Positions 54,300 through 62,770 of a stretch of 64,000 nucleotides of DNA are shown here, piece after piece (the stretch's first letter is position 1; every line of letters starts with the position of its first letter). The stretch comes from an uncultured virus (IMG/VR IMGVR_UViG_3300006155_000009) (Duplodnaviria; Heunggongvirae; Uroviricota; Caudoviricetes), in the IMG/VR virus record IMGVR_UViG_3300006155_000009. One strand, given 5' to 3'. The notes beneath the pieces are model-generated. The model did no database searches. It was given only the letters and a program-made list of their open reading frames with translations, and had not been told where the DNA came from. A program made the position numbers and the translations under genes.

Positions 54300-55616
54300 G
54301 TGCCAAAAATTGAAGATGGCTGCTATGGCAGCCTCAAAGGTATTGCCCTCATTGCCAAAGTCCTCGCGGGCCGGTGCCGGATGCACTACACTCGCGTGGC
54401 AGCTGGCAAGGGGGCGATGCCGGAAGACCTGACGCCCAAGACCCTCACGGAACCGCCTGAGTATGTCATGGACGCTATGATAAGCTCCGTCACAAACCCG
54501 GTTGACGGTGAGTGTCAGGTGTCGGTCCAGATCAACAGCGTTCATGTGGAGAACGGATTCTACTGCACTTGGCTGATCCTCTACGCTGAGGACCCGGACG
54601 AGGGCGAGGTCCCGTTCACGGCCCTGTGCCTGGAGAACGAGCCGGAGTGGATTCGCCCGGCAAGCTCCATCGTGGGCAAGCTGGCTCATTTCGACATCAT
54701 CGCCGCCGTTGGGGATGTGGACAACGTGTCGGCCACTATCGACCCTGACGCCTTGGTTACGCTGGAGTCCGTGCAGCAGCTCATCACCGAGCATGGCCGC
54801 GATGCAGAGACCCACCAGGACATCCGGCAAGCCGTGAAAGCTCTGCAGGATAAGCTGGGGGGCGGCGTGGTCCGTGCGGAGCGTATCGAGTTGACCATCC
54901 CTGCGGAAGGCTGGGAGCCTGACGACGAGACTGGCGGGGTGTATGCCTACCGTCGGGACATCGCCCACGCGAAGGTGGAGGAGGATATGGTCCCGATGCT
55001 GTCGGTCCTGCCCTCATCTATTGGTGTGGCGAATGGCTGCGCCTTGTGTACCACTGCCAGCACTCTCTCTGGGGCCTTGCGCGTCTATGCCGAGAGCATT
55101 CCGGCCGAGGAAATCAGCGTGAGTGTCATCCTGCTGGGAGATGTTCACAGCCGCGAGGAAATCACCATCCCGACCGTTGGCTGGGAGGCAGGTAACGACA
55201 CCGACGGGCTGTTCCCCATCCATATCGATATCGTCAGCGAGGCCATTACAGCGACTCTTACCCCAATGCTCACCATCCTGCCTGAGTCCCTGCAAGCGGC
55301 CGGGGACTGCGGATTGTGCCCTGCCACACAGACGATGGACGGCACCCTTCGGCTCTACGCAAAGGAGGCCCCCGCTACGCCCCTCCGTGCCCGCCTTACG
55401 CTCCTGGACGCCTCGCAGTATAGCGGCCCGTCTCCCGCTCCTGGCCCGTCCTACTCGCTTCCTGCGGCAGATGGAACAACCTTGGGCGGCGTGATGGTCA
55501 AGCCTGGCTCTGGCCTGCAGATTGATGGGAGGGGCAACATTTCCCTCGACACCGCCGGCAGTGCTGAGGTGTCGGAGCTTTTCAATGGTTCCAAGGCCGA
55601 CAAAGGCCAGGAATAA
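54300..55616 (+). CDS. Tail fibre/collar protein with an internal domain duplication
   Basis: LYAEDPDEGE N-terminal fibre-anchor motif; two copies of an IP..GW..CGLC..LRLYA domain. Confidence 0.75.
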   Translation: MPKIEDGCYGSLKGIALIAKVLAGRCRMHYTRVAAGKGAMPEDLTPKTLTEPPEYVMDAMISSVTNPVDGECQVSVQINSVHVENGFYCTWLILYAEDPDEGEVPFTALCLENEPEWIRPASSIVGKLAHFDIIAAVGDVDNVSATIDPDALVTLESVQQLITEHGRDAETHQDIRQAVKALQDKLGGGVVRAERIELTIPAEGWEPDDETGGVYAYRRDIAHAKVEEDMVPMLSVLPSSIGVANGCALCTTASTLSGALRVYAESIPAEEISVSVILLGDVHSREEITIPTVGWEAGNDTDGLFPIHIDIVSEAITATLTPMLTILPESLQAAGDCGLCPATQTMDGTLRLYAKEAPATPLRARLTLLDASQYSGPSPAPGPSYSLPAADGTTLGGVMVKPGSGLQIDGRGNISLDTAGSAEVSELFNGSKADKGQE

Positions 55617-55642
55617 AAATTATTTAGAAAGGAGCAAAAACC

Positions 55643-55849
55643 ATGTCTGAGAACACTACCCAGAAGGCCGTGACCCTGGACGCCCTGCAGGCGGCCGCGC
55701 CCCTCATCGCCACCAAGGCCGAGGTTGCCAAGGTCAAGGAGCAGATCCAGAACATCGAGGCCGCCGGCGTTACCTACGCCACCACCGAGGAGGTTCTGGC
55801 CCTGTTCAAGGAGCCGGAGCCCAGCGGCGGCGAAACCACCGGCGAGTAA
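55643..55849 (+). CDS. Small fibre-associated protein
   Basis: AAAGGAG RBS; ATTEEVLALF C-terminus. Confidence 0.7.
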   Translation: MSENTTQKAVTLDALQAAAPLIATKAEVAKVKEQIQNIEAAGVTYATTEEVLALFKEPEPSGGETTGE

Positions 55850-55929
55850 GACCAGCAAGGAGCGCACGACAGGCCGAGATGTCGTGCGCTCCTCCACTTT
55901 TCTTGAACGACATTTTAGGAGGAATAAAA

Positions 55930-56415
55930 ATGCCTGAGACTACTGCTAAGACGAAAAACATCTCCCTGGAAAACCTGACCACTTTCTCTGACCAGATGAA
56001 GGCCAAGTACGCCCGCAAGGACGCTATCCCTACCGCCGTCTCCGCCCTGACCAACGATGCCAAGTATCAGACCGAGGAGCAGGTCACCGCCGCCATCAAC
56101 GCCAAGGTGTCCAGCACCTACAAGGCCGGCGGCAGCGCGGCCTTTGCTGATCTGCCTGAGCTGACCGAGGTCAATCTGGGACTGGTTGTCAACGTGACCG
56201 ACAAGTTCACCACAACTGACAGCTTCGTTGAGGGTGCGGGTAAGAAGCACCCCGCCGGGACCAACGTGGTCGTCGTACAGTCTGGGGAGGAGTACAAGTA
56301 CGATGTTCTGGCCGGCTTTGTGGATCTGTCCGGCTATGTGAAGGCCGAGGACATCACCACGGCAACTGAGGCCGAGATCCTTGCGCTGTTCGCAGACGAG
56401 GCCCAGGGCGAGTAA
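55930..56415 (+). CDS. Fibre-associated protein
   Basis: AGGAGG RBS; VDLSGY..ATEAEILALF. Confidence 0.75.
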   Translation: MPETTAKTKNISLENLTTFSDQMKAKYARKDAIPTAVSALTNDAKYQTEEQVTAAINAKVSSTYKAGGSAAFADLPELTEVNLGLVVNVTDKFTTTDSFVEGAGKKHPAGTNVVVVQSGEEYKYDVLAGFVDLSGYVKAEDITTATEAEILALFADEAQGE

Positions 56416-56431
56416 GTGGGAGGTAATATCC

Positions 56432-56872
56432 ATGTGGAAGTGGAAAGCGTTCGACCCCCAGTCGTGGGCCGCTCTGCTTTCCTCTCTCGCTCGGTTGAAG
56501 GGGGCGGCGGACGAGAATAAGTCCGCCGTCTCTGGTCTTGGAGAAGACTTCGCAAGGCTCTCCGAGCTGACTGCGAAGGACATTGCGGGAAAGCAGGACA
56601 AGCCGAAGGGGACTTCATGCACCATTCCTGCAACCGGCTGGGAGAAGGATGAGACAGAGAACTATCCGAACTATTACGATATGCCGGTGACCGGCGTGAC
56701 AGCCACGGATCGGGTGGAGATAACACTTGCCCCCGCCGGGCTTGATGCGGCGGTTGAGTGCGGTCTGTGCCCGACCTGCGAGTCCATGGAGGGCAAGGTA
56801 CGCCTGCGGGCCGCCAGTGTGCCCAGTGCCGCTATTGCGGCGGAATACTGGATTGAACAAGGAAAGGAGTAA
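56432..56872 (+). CDS. Fibre-associated protein
   Basis: C-terminal domain paralogous to the repeats in the 54300 gene. Confidence 0.7.
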   Translation: MWKWKAFDPQSWAALLSSLARLKGAADENKSAVSGLGEDFARLSELTAKDIAGKQDKPKGTSCTIPATGWEKDETENYPNYYDMPVTGVTATDRVEITLAPAGLDAAVECGLCPTCESMEGKVRLRAASVPSAAIAAEYWIEQGKE

Positions 56873-56877
56873 AATCA

Positions 56878-58815
56878 ATGGCATTTGGAACTGTGAATGT
56901 CCCTGGTGTCACCGCGAAAGAGCTGAGGGATGTCTCTGACATTGCGAACGCCGCCAAAGTTGCCGCAGAAGGTGTGCAGGATATTGCCAACAGCGCACAG
57001 TCTACGGCGAACGCTGCTCTGGAGAGGGCGAATGCTGCGGATACCAACGCCAACGCCGCGAAGTCCACGGCGGACGAGGCGCTGGAAAAAGCCACCACCA
57101 ACGAGGGCACCATCGGTGAGATCAGGCAGGCCGCCGCCGACGCTCTCGATGCCGCAAACGCGGCCAAGCGGGATGCAGGCACGGCAAAAACAGCTGCGGA
57201 GAATGCGCAAAAAGCGGCAGAGGATGCCGCAAAAGCCATCACCGATCTCAACAGCACCATCAATATCGTTCCTACGCAGAACGGTGCGCTTTACTACACG
57301 GGGGCCGTACAAAGCCCCTCATGGAACGGGCTGGACACATCCAAGCTCACGCTGGGCGGAACCACCAGCGGGACGAACGTGGGAACCTACGAGGCCACAG
57401 TCACACCCAAAGAGGGTTTCAAGTGGCCGGACGGCACCACCACGGCAAAGACGATTCAGTGGACGATCCAGCGGGCGGTTGTCAGCGTCCCCACCGCGAA
57501 GGGGGGCCAGACGTACACAGGGAGCGAGCTGACGGGGCAGTTCAACGGCTACGACACCAGCAAGATGACCATCGGTGGCACCAGTAAAGCGACCAATGCA
57601 GGGACCTACAGTGCCAGCTTCACGCCGGGGGCCAACTTCCAGTGGCCGGACGGTACGACTACCGCCAAGACGGTTTCGTGGAGCATTGCCAAGGCGGCGG
57701 GTAGCCTGTCCCTTAACAAGACCAGCCTGCCGTTGAACGTCGGCACTTCCGGGGTGATTGCTGTAACGCGGGCGGGTGATGGTGCTATTTCTGCGACGTC
57801 CAGCAACACCAGCGTTGCCACGGTGTCTGTCAGCGACACCAATGTGACGGTGACAGGAGAGGCCGTTGGATCGGCTGCGATTACAATCAAAGTTGCCGCT
57901 GGCACCAATCATAACGCCCCGGAAAACAAGACGGTGAGCATTACCGCCGTCAAACCAACGGTGTCCAATTCTTCCTGGGATGACATCAAGGCCATTTCTG
58001 ACGCGGGAACGGCTGCCAGCTACTTCGCCCCCGGCGATACCAAGAGCATCACGCTCAACGGCACGGTGGGGACGCTGGCGCTGAACAACCTACAGGTGGA
58101 CGCCTTTATCCTGGGCATCAACCACAACGCCTCCAGGGAGGGCAGCAACCGTATCCATTGGGCCATCGGGAAAATCGGTGGCACCCTGATCGCTCTGTGT
58201 GACAGCGGCTATAACAGCAACTACACTGACGGCAATAAGCGGTTCAACATGAACCACTGGGGGAACTACAACCGGGGCGGCTGGAAGGGGTGCGATCTCC
58301 GCTATGACATCCTGGGCAGCACCAACAGGGCCCCCAGCGGCTACGGCAGCGCTGCGCAGGCGGGCCGTGTAGGGTATGACCCGTCCAGCTATGACATTGT
58401 GAACAGTCCCGTGGCCAACACGCTCATGGCGGCCATGCCGCAGGCGGTCCGAAAGGTGATGAAGACCGTTACTAAGTACACGGACAACGTGGGCAACGCC
58501 AGCGGTGACACCGCCGGGAACGTGACCGCCTCCGTGGATTATTTCTTCCTGTTGGCGGAGCATGAGGTCTACGGTGGAAACCGTACCTACGCCAACAGCT
58601 ATGAGAAGAACTACCAGGTGCAGTACGACTACTTCAAAGCAGGTAACAGCAAGCAGGTGTTTAAACACGACGCACGGACTACAGCTGTGTGGGGCCCTCT
58701 CCGCTCCCCTCATTACGATTACATCAATTCCTTCTCGGCGCTGGGCTCCGGCGGCTCTGTCAACCTTTACGGTGCCAACCGTTGCGGGGGGCTGCTGGCC
58801 GGCTTTTCTACCTAA
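56878..58815 (+). CDS. DGR target: tail adhesin/receptor-binding protein (coiled coil, Ig-like repeats, C-terminal CLec/DUF6273-like domain)
   Basis: VR at the 3' end; duplicated YTG..WPDGTTTAKT repeats; FLLAEHEV..W..LRSP..G..AGF. Confidence 0.9.
   Translation: MAFGTVNVPGVTAKELRDVSDIANAAKVAAEGVQDIANSAQSTANAALERANAADTNANAAKSTADEALEKATTNEGTIGEIRQAAADALDAANAAKRDAGTAKTAAENAQKAAEDAAKAITDLNSTINIVPTQNGALYYTGAVQSPSWNGLDTSKLTLGGTTSGTNVGTYEATVTPKEGFKWPDGTTTAKTIQWTIQRAVVSVPTAKGGQTYTGSELTGQFNGYDTSKMTIGGTSKATNAGTYSASFTPGANFQWPDGTTTAKTVSWSIAKAAGSLSLNKTSLPLNVGTSGVIAVTRAGDGAISATSSNTSVATVSVSDTNVTVTGEAVGSAAITIKVAAGTNHNAPENKTVSITAVKPTVSNSSWDDIKAISDAGTAASYFAPGDTKSITLNGTVGTLALNNLQVDAFILGINHNASREGSNRIHWAIGKIGGTLIALCDSGYNSNYTDGNKRFNMNHWGNYNRGGWKGCDLRYDILGSTNRAPSGYGSAAQAGRVGYDPSSYDIVNSPVANTLMAAMPQAVRKVMKTVTKYTDNVGNASGDTAGNVTASVDYFFLLAEHEVYGGNRTYANSYEKNYQVQYDYFKAGNSKQVFKHDARTTAVWGPLRSPHYDYINSFSALGSGGSVNLYGANRCGGLLAGFST
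58682..58807 (+). repeat. DGR variable repeat (VR)
   Basis: 126-bp ungapped match to 59530-59655; 14 mismatches, all opposite TR adenines. Confidence 0.97.
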
Positions 58816-58842
58816 TCCTCCGCAGAGTATCCCGCCCCTATC

Positions 58843-58923
58843 CCGCCCCCGGAAGGGGGCGGCCCACTGGGGCCGACAAAAACCGGCCCGAAGGGCCGGA
58901 ACATGGAGGGCGCGTAAGCGCCC
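58843..58923. other. DGR target-recognition hairpins
   Basis: CCGCCCCC-GGAA-GGGGGCGG, CCGGCCC-GAA-GGGCCGG, GGGCGC-GTAA-GCGCCC. Confidence 0.8.
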
Positions 58924-58949
58924 GACGCGATTTTTGAAATTTTGCCCCT

Positions 58950-58977
58950 TTGCTATTTTGTGCTTTTGTGTTATACT
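58950..58977 (+). promoter_or_regulatory. Putative promoter of avd-TR-RT
   Basis: TTGCTA-16-TATACT with TG extension. Confidence 0.6.
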
Positions 58978-59011
58978 GGCCCATATCCAGAATGGCGAAA
59001 GAGGTAGAATT

Positions 59012-59494
59012 ATGTCGGTACTCGCTAACAAGCGCATTGTCAGCAAAGCGGAGTTTGTCAACACGGCAAATCAAATATATGTGGAGACGTTAAGCTTTCT
59101 GACAAGAATGTCCGCACGATATTCTCGGTTGCTGGCAGAGCCGGTGGCGAAGCTTGCGGGGGAGATTGTTGACCATTCCGAAAAGGCTAACAGCATCTTT
59201 CCCATGGATGGAAAGCGGGTTGTGGTGCCTCAGCGCGCACGACTGCGCAGGGCGCATTTATTGGAGGCCATGGCCTCACTCAAAGCACTGGATGTGCGAC
59301 TGACTCATTGCTACCTGGTCATGAATCAGAACCCGGAAGGCTGTTTTACTACGGCGAACGGGAAAACAGTCAGTTCAAAGGAGGCGATAGAAAAGCTTGA
59401 TAAAATGTCTCAGAGTTTGGGGGATCTTATCGACCATGAGGATAATCTCCTAAAGGGCCAAATTGACAGCATTGAGAAAATGCTAAAATCCTGA
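59012..59494 (+). CDS. avd: DGR accessory variability determinant (Avd-like)
   Basis: 160-aa helical protein between target and TR; MSVL..KR..SK.EF..ANSIFP..R..HL pattern. Confidence 0.75.
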   Translation: MSVLANKRIVSKAEFVNTANQIYVETLSFLTRMSARYSRLLAEPVAKLAGEIVDHSEKANSIFPMDGKRVVVPQRARLRRAHLLEAMASLKALDVRLTHCYLVMNQNPEGCFTTANGKTVSSKEAIEKLDKMSQSLGDLIDHEDNLLKGQIDSIEKMLKS

Positions 59495-59529
59495 CTGCGC
59501 GTTGGGTGTACTTCTGATAATTTATCCCG

Positions 59530-59655
59530 CAGCTGTGTGGGGCCCTCTCCGCTCCCCTAATTACAATAACAACAATAACTTCTCGGCGCTGGGCTCCGGC
59601 GGCTCTGTCAACAATTACAATGCAAACAATTGCGGGGGGCTGCTGGCCGGATTTT
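59530..59655 (+). ncRNA. DGR template repeat (TR)
   Basis: Rich in AAC/AAT triplets (11), 27 adenines, intergenic between avd and RT. Confidence 0.95.
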
Positions 59656-59881
59656 ACGTAAATACGCGGTCAAATGGAGTAGCGAAAGTGAAAGACGACC
59701 GACGTAAAAGGAGAGGTACTTCCCTGGGTAACCAATCCCTAAAACTTCCCTCTGATGTCCTTACACGGACGCTTCTTGCATGGCGGGAGAACGTGCCAGC
59801 TCCCGTTTCATGTGTATTAGGACAACGCAGATTTAGACGGCACCCTACAAGACAACTGTACGGAGGGAGAAAAAACTTTTT

Positions 59882-61060
59882 ATGAACAGTCAGGAACGCC
59901 GGGAGGCCCGGTACCAACGCCGCAAAGCCAAGCGGCAGAAAAAGCGTGAGGAGCGGTGCGCCGCCCTCGGCCCTCTGAGCGAGGTGTTCAGCTATCGGAA
60001 AATGTTCTTTTATGGGCGGAAGTGCTGCAACGGTGTCCGCTGGAAGCAGAGCACCCAGAACTTCGAGTTACACCTCTTTTCCGGCACCGCCCGCCGGCGG
60101 CGGGAAGTCCTGGAGGGAAGATGGAAACCGAAGAAATGTGTCCATTTCACGTTGTGCGAACGGGGCAAGGTGCGGCCCATCGACGCCCCTCACATCACTG
60201 ACCGGCAGATCCACAAGACCCTCTGCAATGAGGTGCTGGTTCCCCTGTACACCCCCAGCATGATCCACGACAACGGGGCCAGCCAGATCGGGAAGGGGCT
60301 GCACTGGCATTTCAAGCGGCTCAAGCAGCACCTGGCGTGGCACTTCCGGCGCTATGGCCGGGAGGGAGCTGTTCTTCAGATTGACCTGAAGGGCTACTTT
60401 CCCAACGCACCCCATGCCCTGATCTACCAGCGGCACCAGCAGCTGATTCTCGACCCGGCCCTTCGAGAGCTGGCGGACAAGATCATCCGTTTCTCTCCCT
60501 GTCCCACACCGGGGCGGGGGATGCCCTTGGGTGTGGAGCCGAGTCAGCAGGAGATGGTGGCCTTGCCGAGTTCCATCGACAACTGGATCATGTGCCAGGC
60601 CGGGGTCGAATATGAGTGCCATTTCATGGACGACTTCTTGATGACCTTCCCTACCATCGAGGAGGCCAAGAGGGCGGGCCACGAGATTGTGCGGCGGTTC
60701 GAGGCGAATGGCATCCGGGTAAACCGCCGGAAGTGCAGTGTCACCCCGCTCACAAAGCCCTTCCGCTTCTGTAAGGCCCGGTTCACCCTGACGGAGACCG
60801 GGAAGATAAAAATAAACGGGAGCCGGGACGGAATCAAACGCGCCCGCAGAAAGCTAAAGCTCTTTCACCGGGAGTTCAAGGCTGGCAAGCGGGAGTTCAA
60901 GGACATCGAGCAGTACATGGAGTGCCAGAGCGCCTACTACCGCTGTTTCGATGACCATGGGCGTCTGCTCCGCCTGCGGCGGCTCTACCACGCTATCTTT
61001 TTTGGAGGTGCAAAATGTTCAGGATCACCAACACCAGAGATGGGAAAAGCCTCGGCATGA
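59882..61060 (+). CDS. DGR reverse transcriptase
   Basis: ERGKVRPI, DRQIH, GKGLH, IDLKGYF, GMPLGVEPSQ, FMDD. Confidence 0.95.
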   Translation: MNSQERREARYQRRKAKRQKKREERCAALGPLSEVFSYRKMFFYGRKCCNGVRWKQSTQNFELHLFSGTARRRREVLEGRWKPKKCVHFTLCERGKVRPIDAPHITDRQIHKTLCNEVLVPLYTPSMIHDNGASQIGKGLHWHFKRLKQHLAWHFRRYGREGAVLQIDLKGYFPNAPHALIYQRHQQLILDPALRELADKIIRFSPCPTPGRGMPLGVEPSQQEMVALPSSIDNWIMCQAGVEYECHFMDDFLMTFPTIEEAKRAGHEIVRRFEANGIRVNRRKCSVTPLTKPFRFCKARFTLTETGKIKINGSRDGIKRARRKLKLFHREFKAGKREFKDIEQYMECQSAYYRCFDDHGRLLRLRRLYHAIFFGGAKCSGSPTPEMGKASA

Positions 61061-61350
61061 CCGAGGCCCCCACCTACATCAAGCAGGCCGAAAACGGCTG
61101 CTACGTTTTGTGCCCGGAGCCGGAGGCTTCGGGCATCGCTATTTCCGGGGTTCCCTACCGCCTGCTGGGCCGGGAGGCCCCGGAGGGCATGGGGAAACTG
61201 GATGCCGTCATGCTGGAGGAAACGGACGCCGGCCCGATGGTCGCTGCGGCCCATAACCTCTCGGCGGACATTGACGGCCTGACCGTAGACCACGAATACC
61301 GCATCACCCTGCTGGAGCTTGGTGTGGCGGCAGACAGTGAGACCGTTTGA
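61015..61350 (+). CDS. Hypothetical protein (tail-associated)
   Basis: GGAGGT RBS inside the RT 3' end; VDHEYRITLLELG. Confidence 0.7.
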   Translation: MFRITNTRDGKSLGMTEAPTYIKQAENGCYVLCPEPEASGIAISGVPYRLLGREAPEGMGKLDAVMLEETDAGPMVAAAHNLSADIDGLTVDHEYRITLLELGVAADSETV

Positions 61351-61367
61351 GAAGGGAGGTGTAGAAG

Positions 61368-61526
61368 ATGCTGTATCGGACCCTTAAGCGCATGATCGAG
61401 CGCGGCCAGACCGAGGGGATGGAGGAGAAGCTGGACATCTTCCTGGCGTCCAGCAAGATCACCGCCGAGGAGTACACGGAGCTGATGGGGATGCTGCCAA
61501 GCAAAGCCCCGACCACGGAGGAGTAA
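61368..61526 (+). CDS. XkdX-like small protein (52 aa, not in ORF track)
   Basis: MLYRTLKRMIERG..KITAEEYTEL; GGAGGT RBS. Confidence 0.65.
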   Translation: MLYRTLKRMIERGQTEGMEEKLDIFLASSKITAEEYTELMGMLPSKAPTTEE

Positions 61527-61529
61527 GCC

Positions 61530-61976
61530 ATGGAGCAGGTCATTCACAAGAGGTACGTCGCTCGGAGGCGGGCGCGGTTCAAAGGCTGCAACGGCCAGCA
61601 GGTCAATATTCCATACGGTTCCATCCTGGAGGCCCAGGATGGTTTTTTGTTGTGGAAAGGCCAGCCCCTGTGTGTGGATACCAGCCAGAACGCCCACGAG
61701 TTCTTCAGCCAGGACGATGACGGCCAGGGCCAGGAGCGTGGCCAGCTGGTGGCCGCCATCCTCACCCGGCTGGAGACACCGCCCAACGCCGGAGAGAAGT
61801 GCCGGGCGGAACTGCAGGCTCGGTGGGATAAGGTGTGGGCCGACCCTCTGTGCCAGAAATACAAGCGGCCGGAACACGAGGACTTCTGGATCTGGAACCA
61901 CGACTTCTATGATGCGCCGGTGGAGGACCTCTGGCACATCGCCGCCCTGGTGGGGGCGGTAGTCAAACGACAGTAA
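61530..61976 (+). CDS. Hypothetical protein
   Basis: GGAGGAG RBS; codon bias. Confidence 0.75.
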   Translation: MEQVIHKRYVARRRARFKGCNGQQVNIPYGSILEAQDGFLLWKGQPLCVDTSQNAHEFFSQDDDGQGQERGQLVAAILTRLETPPNAGEKCRAELQARWDKVWADPLCQKYKRPEHEDFWIWNHDFYDAPVEDLWHIAALVGAVVKRQ

Positions 61977-62032
61977 GCCAATGGGAGGACGGGATACCGT
62001 CCTCCCAAATTTATCTTTGGGGGAATGTGTAA

Positions 62033-62323
62033 ATGGAAGTGACAATCAGCGCGGATATGCTCATCGAGCTGGCCGCGCTGCTGACCGCCCTGGGGGTGAT
62101 CGGTGGCGTTGCCTTATGGTGCCACAGGTTTGTACTGCGGAACAAGAAGCAGGACGAGGCTATCGCGGCAATCCGCAACGAACAGACCCTTATCTGCTAT
62201 GGGGTGCTTGCCTGCCTCAAGGGTCTTAAGGAGAAAGGGTGCAACGGCCCTGTAACTGCCGCCTTGGATAAGCTGGAGAAGCATCTGAACCAGGCGGCCC
62301 ATGATGTTGAAGATACAGACTGA
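62033..62323 (+). CDS. Holin-like membrane protein
   Basis: N-terminal TM; EQTLICYGVLACLKGL..GCNGPV; lysis module. Confidence 0.7.
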   Translation: MEVTISADMLIELAALLTALGVIGGVALWCHRFVLRNKKQDEAIAAIRNEQTLICYGVLACLKGLKEKGCNGPVTAALDKLEKHLNQAAHDVEDTD

Positions 62324-62344
62324 ACTGCGAAAGGATGATGCGCA

Positions 62345-62767
62345 ACGGACATCTTAAGGTCGATTTTAATCGCCGCTGCCGCTTTGATTGTGGGGGCTGC
62401 CCTGGGTATCGTGTTCAGTGCGGCCACTATCCGGCATCTGCGGAAACGGGTGAAGGAACTGCGGACAGGAAAGCCCCGGCCCAATGTCCTGCAGTCGGTA
62501 ACAAGGTTTCTGTTCGCTACCACCCAAATATTTGCGCTGGGTTGGGTGTCGGTGTCCTACGTCATCGCCGTTTATTCCACCGTCAAGCTATATCAGCCGT
62601 TCCCGGTAGTGGAGCTCTCCCAGCAGGCCATTACCACCATTTTGGGAGTGAACGCGCTGAAGGTGCTGGAGAACATCTTCGAGCACAACGAGGGGATGGT
62701 ATTCGGCAGAAGCAGGCAGGAAGATAAACCGCCCAATGAGGGCGGGGAAGAAGGAGGAGTCGGATAA
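62345..62767 (+). CDS. Multi-pass membrane protein (holin-like); start uncertain
   Basis: Three hydrophobic segments; immediately upstream of the endolysin. Confidence 0.65.
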   Translation, partial: TDILRSILIAAAALIVGAALGIVFSAATIRHLRKRVKELRTGKPRPNVLQSVTRFLFATTQIFALGWVSVSYVIAVYSTVKLYQPFPVVELSQQAITTILGVNALKVLENIFEHNEGMVFGRSRQEDKPPNEGGEEGGVG

Positions 62768-62770
62768 GCG

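Noticed and set aside
58562..59011. N-terminal extension of Avd given in the ORF track
   Set aside because: Overlaps VR, hairpins and promoter; the RBS supports ATG 59012.
59502..59885. 127-aa ORF with Asn runs as a protein gene
   Set aside because: It is the TR read in the VR frame plus spacer, with no convincing RBS.
59882..61060. Group II intron, retron or Abi reverse transcriptase
   Set aside because: Short RT with no maturase/endonuclease extension; the TR/VR pair with A-specific mismatches identifies a DGR.
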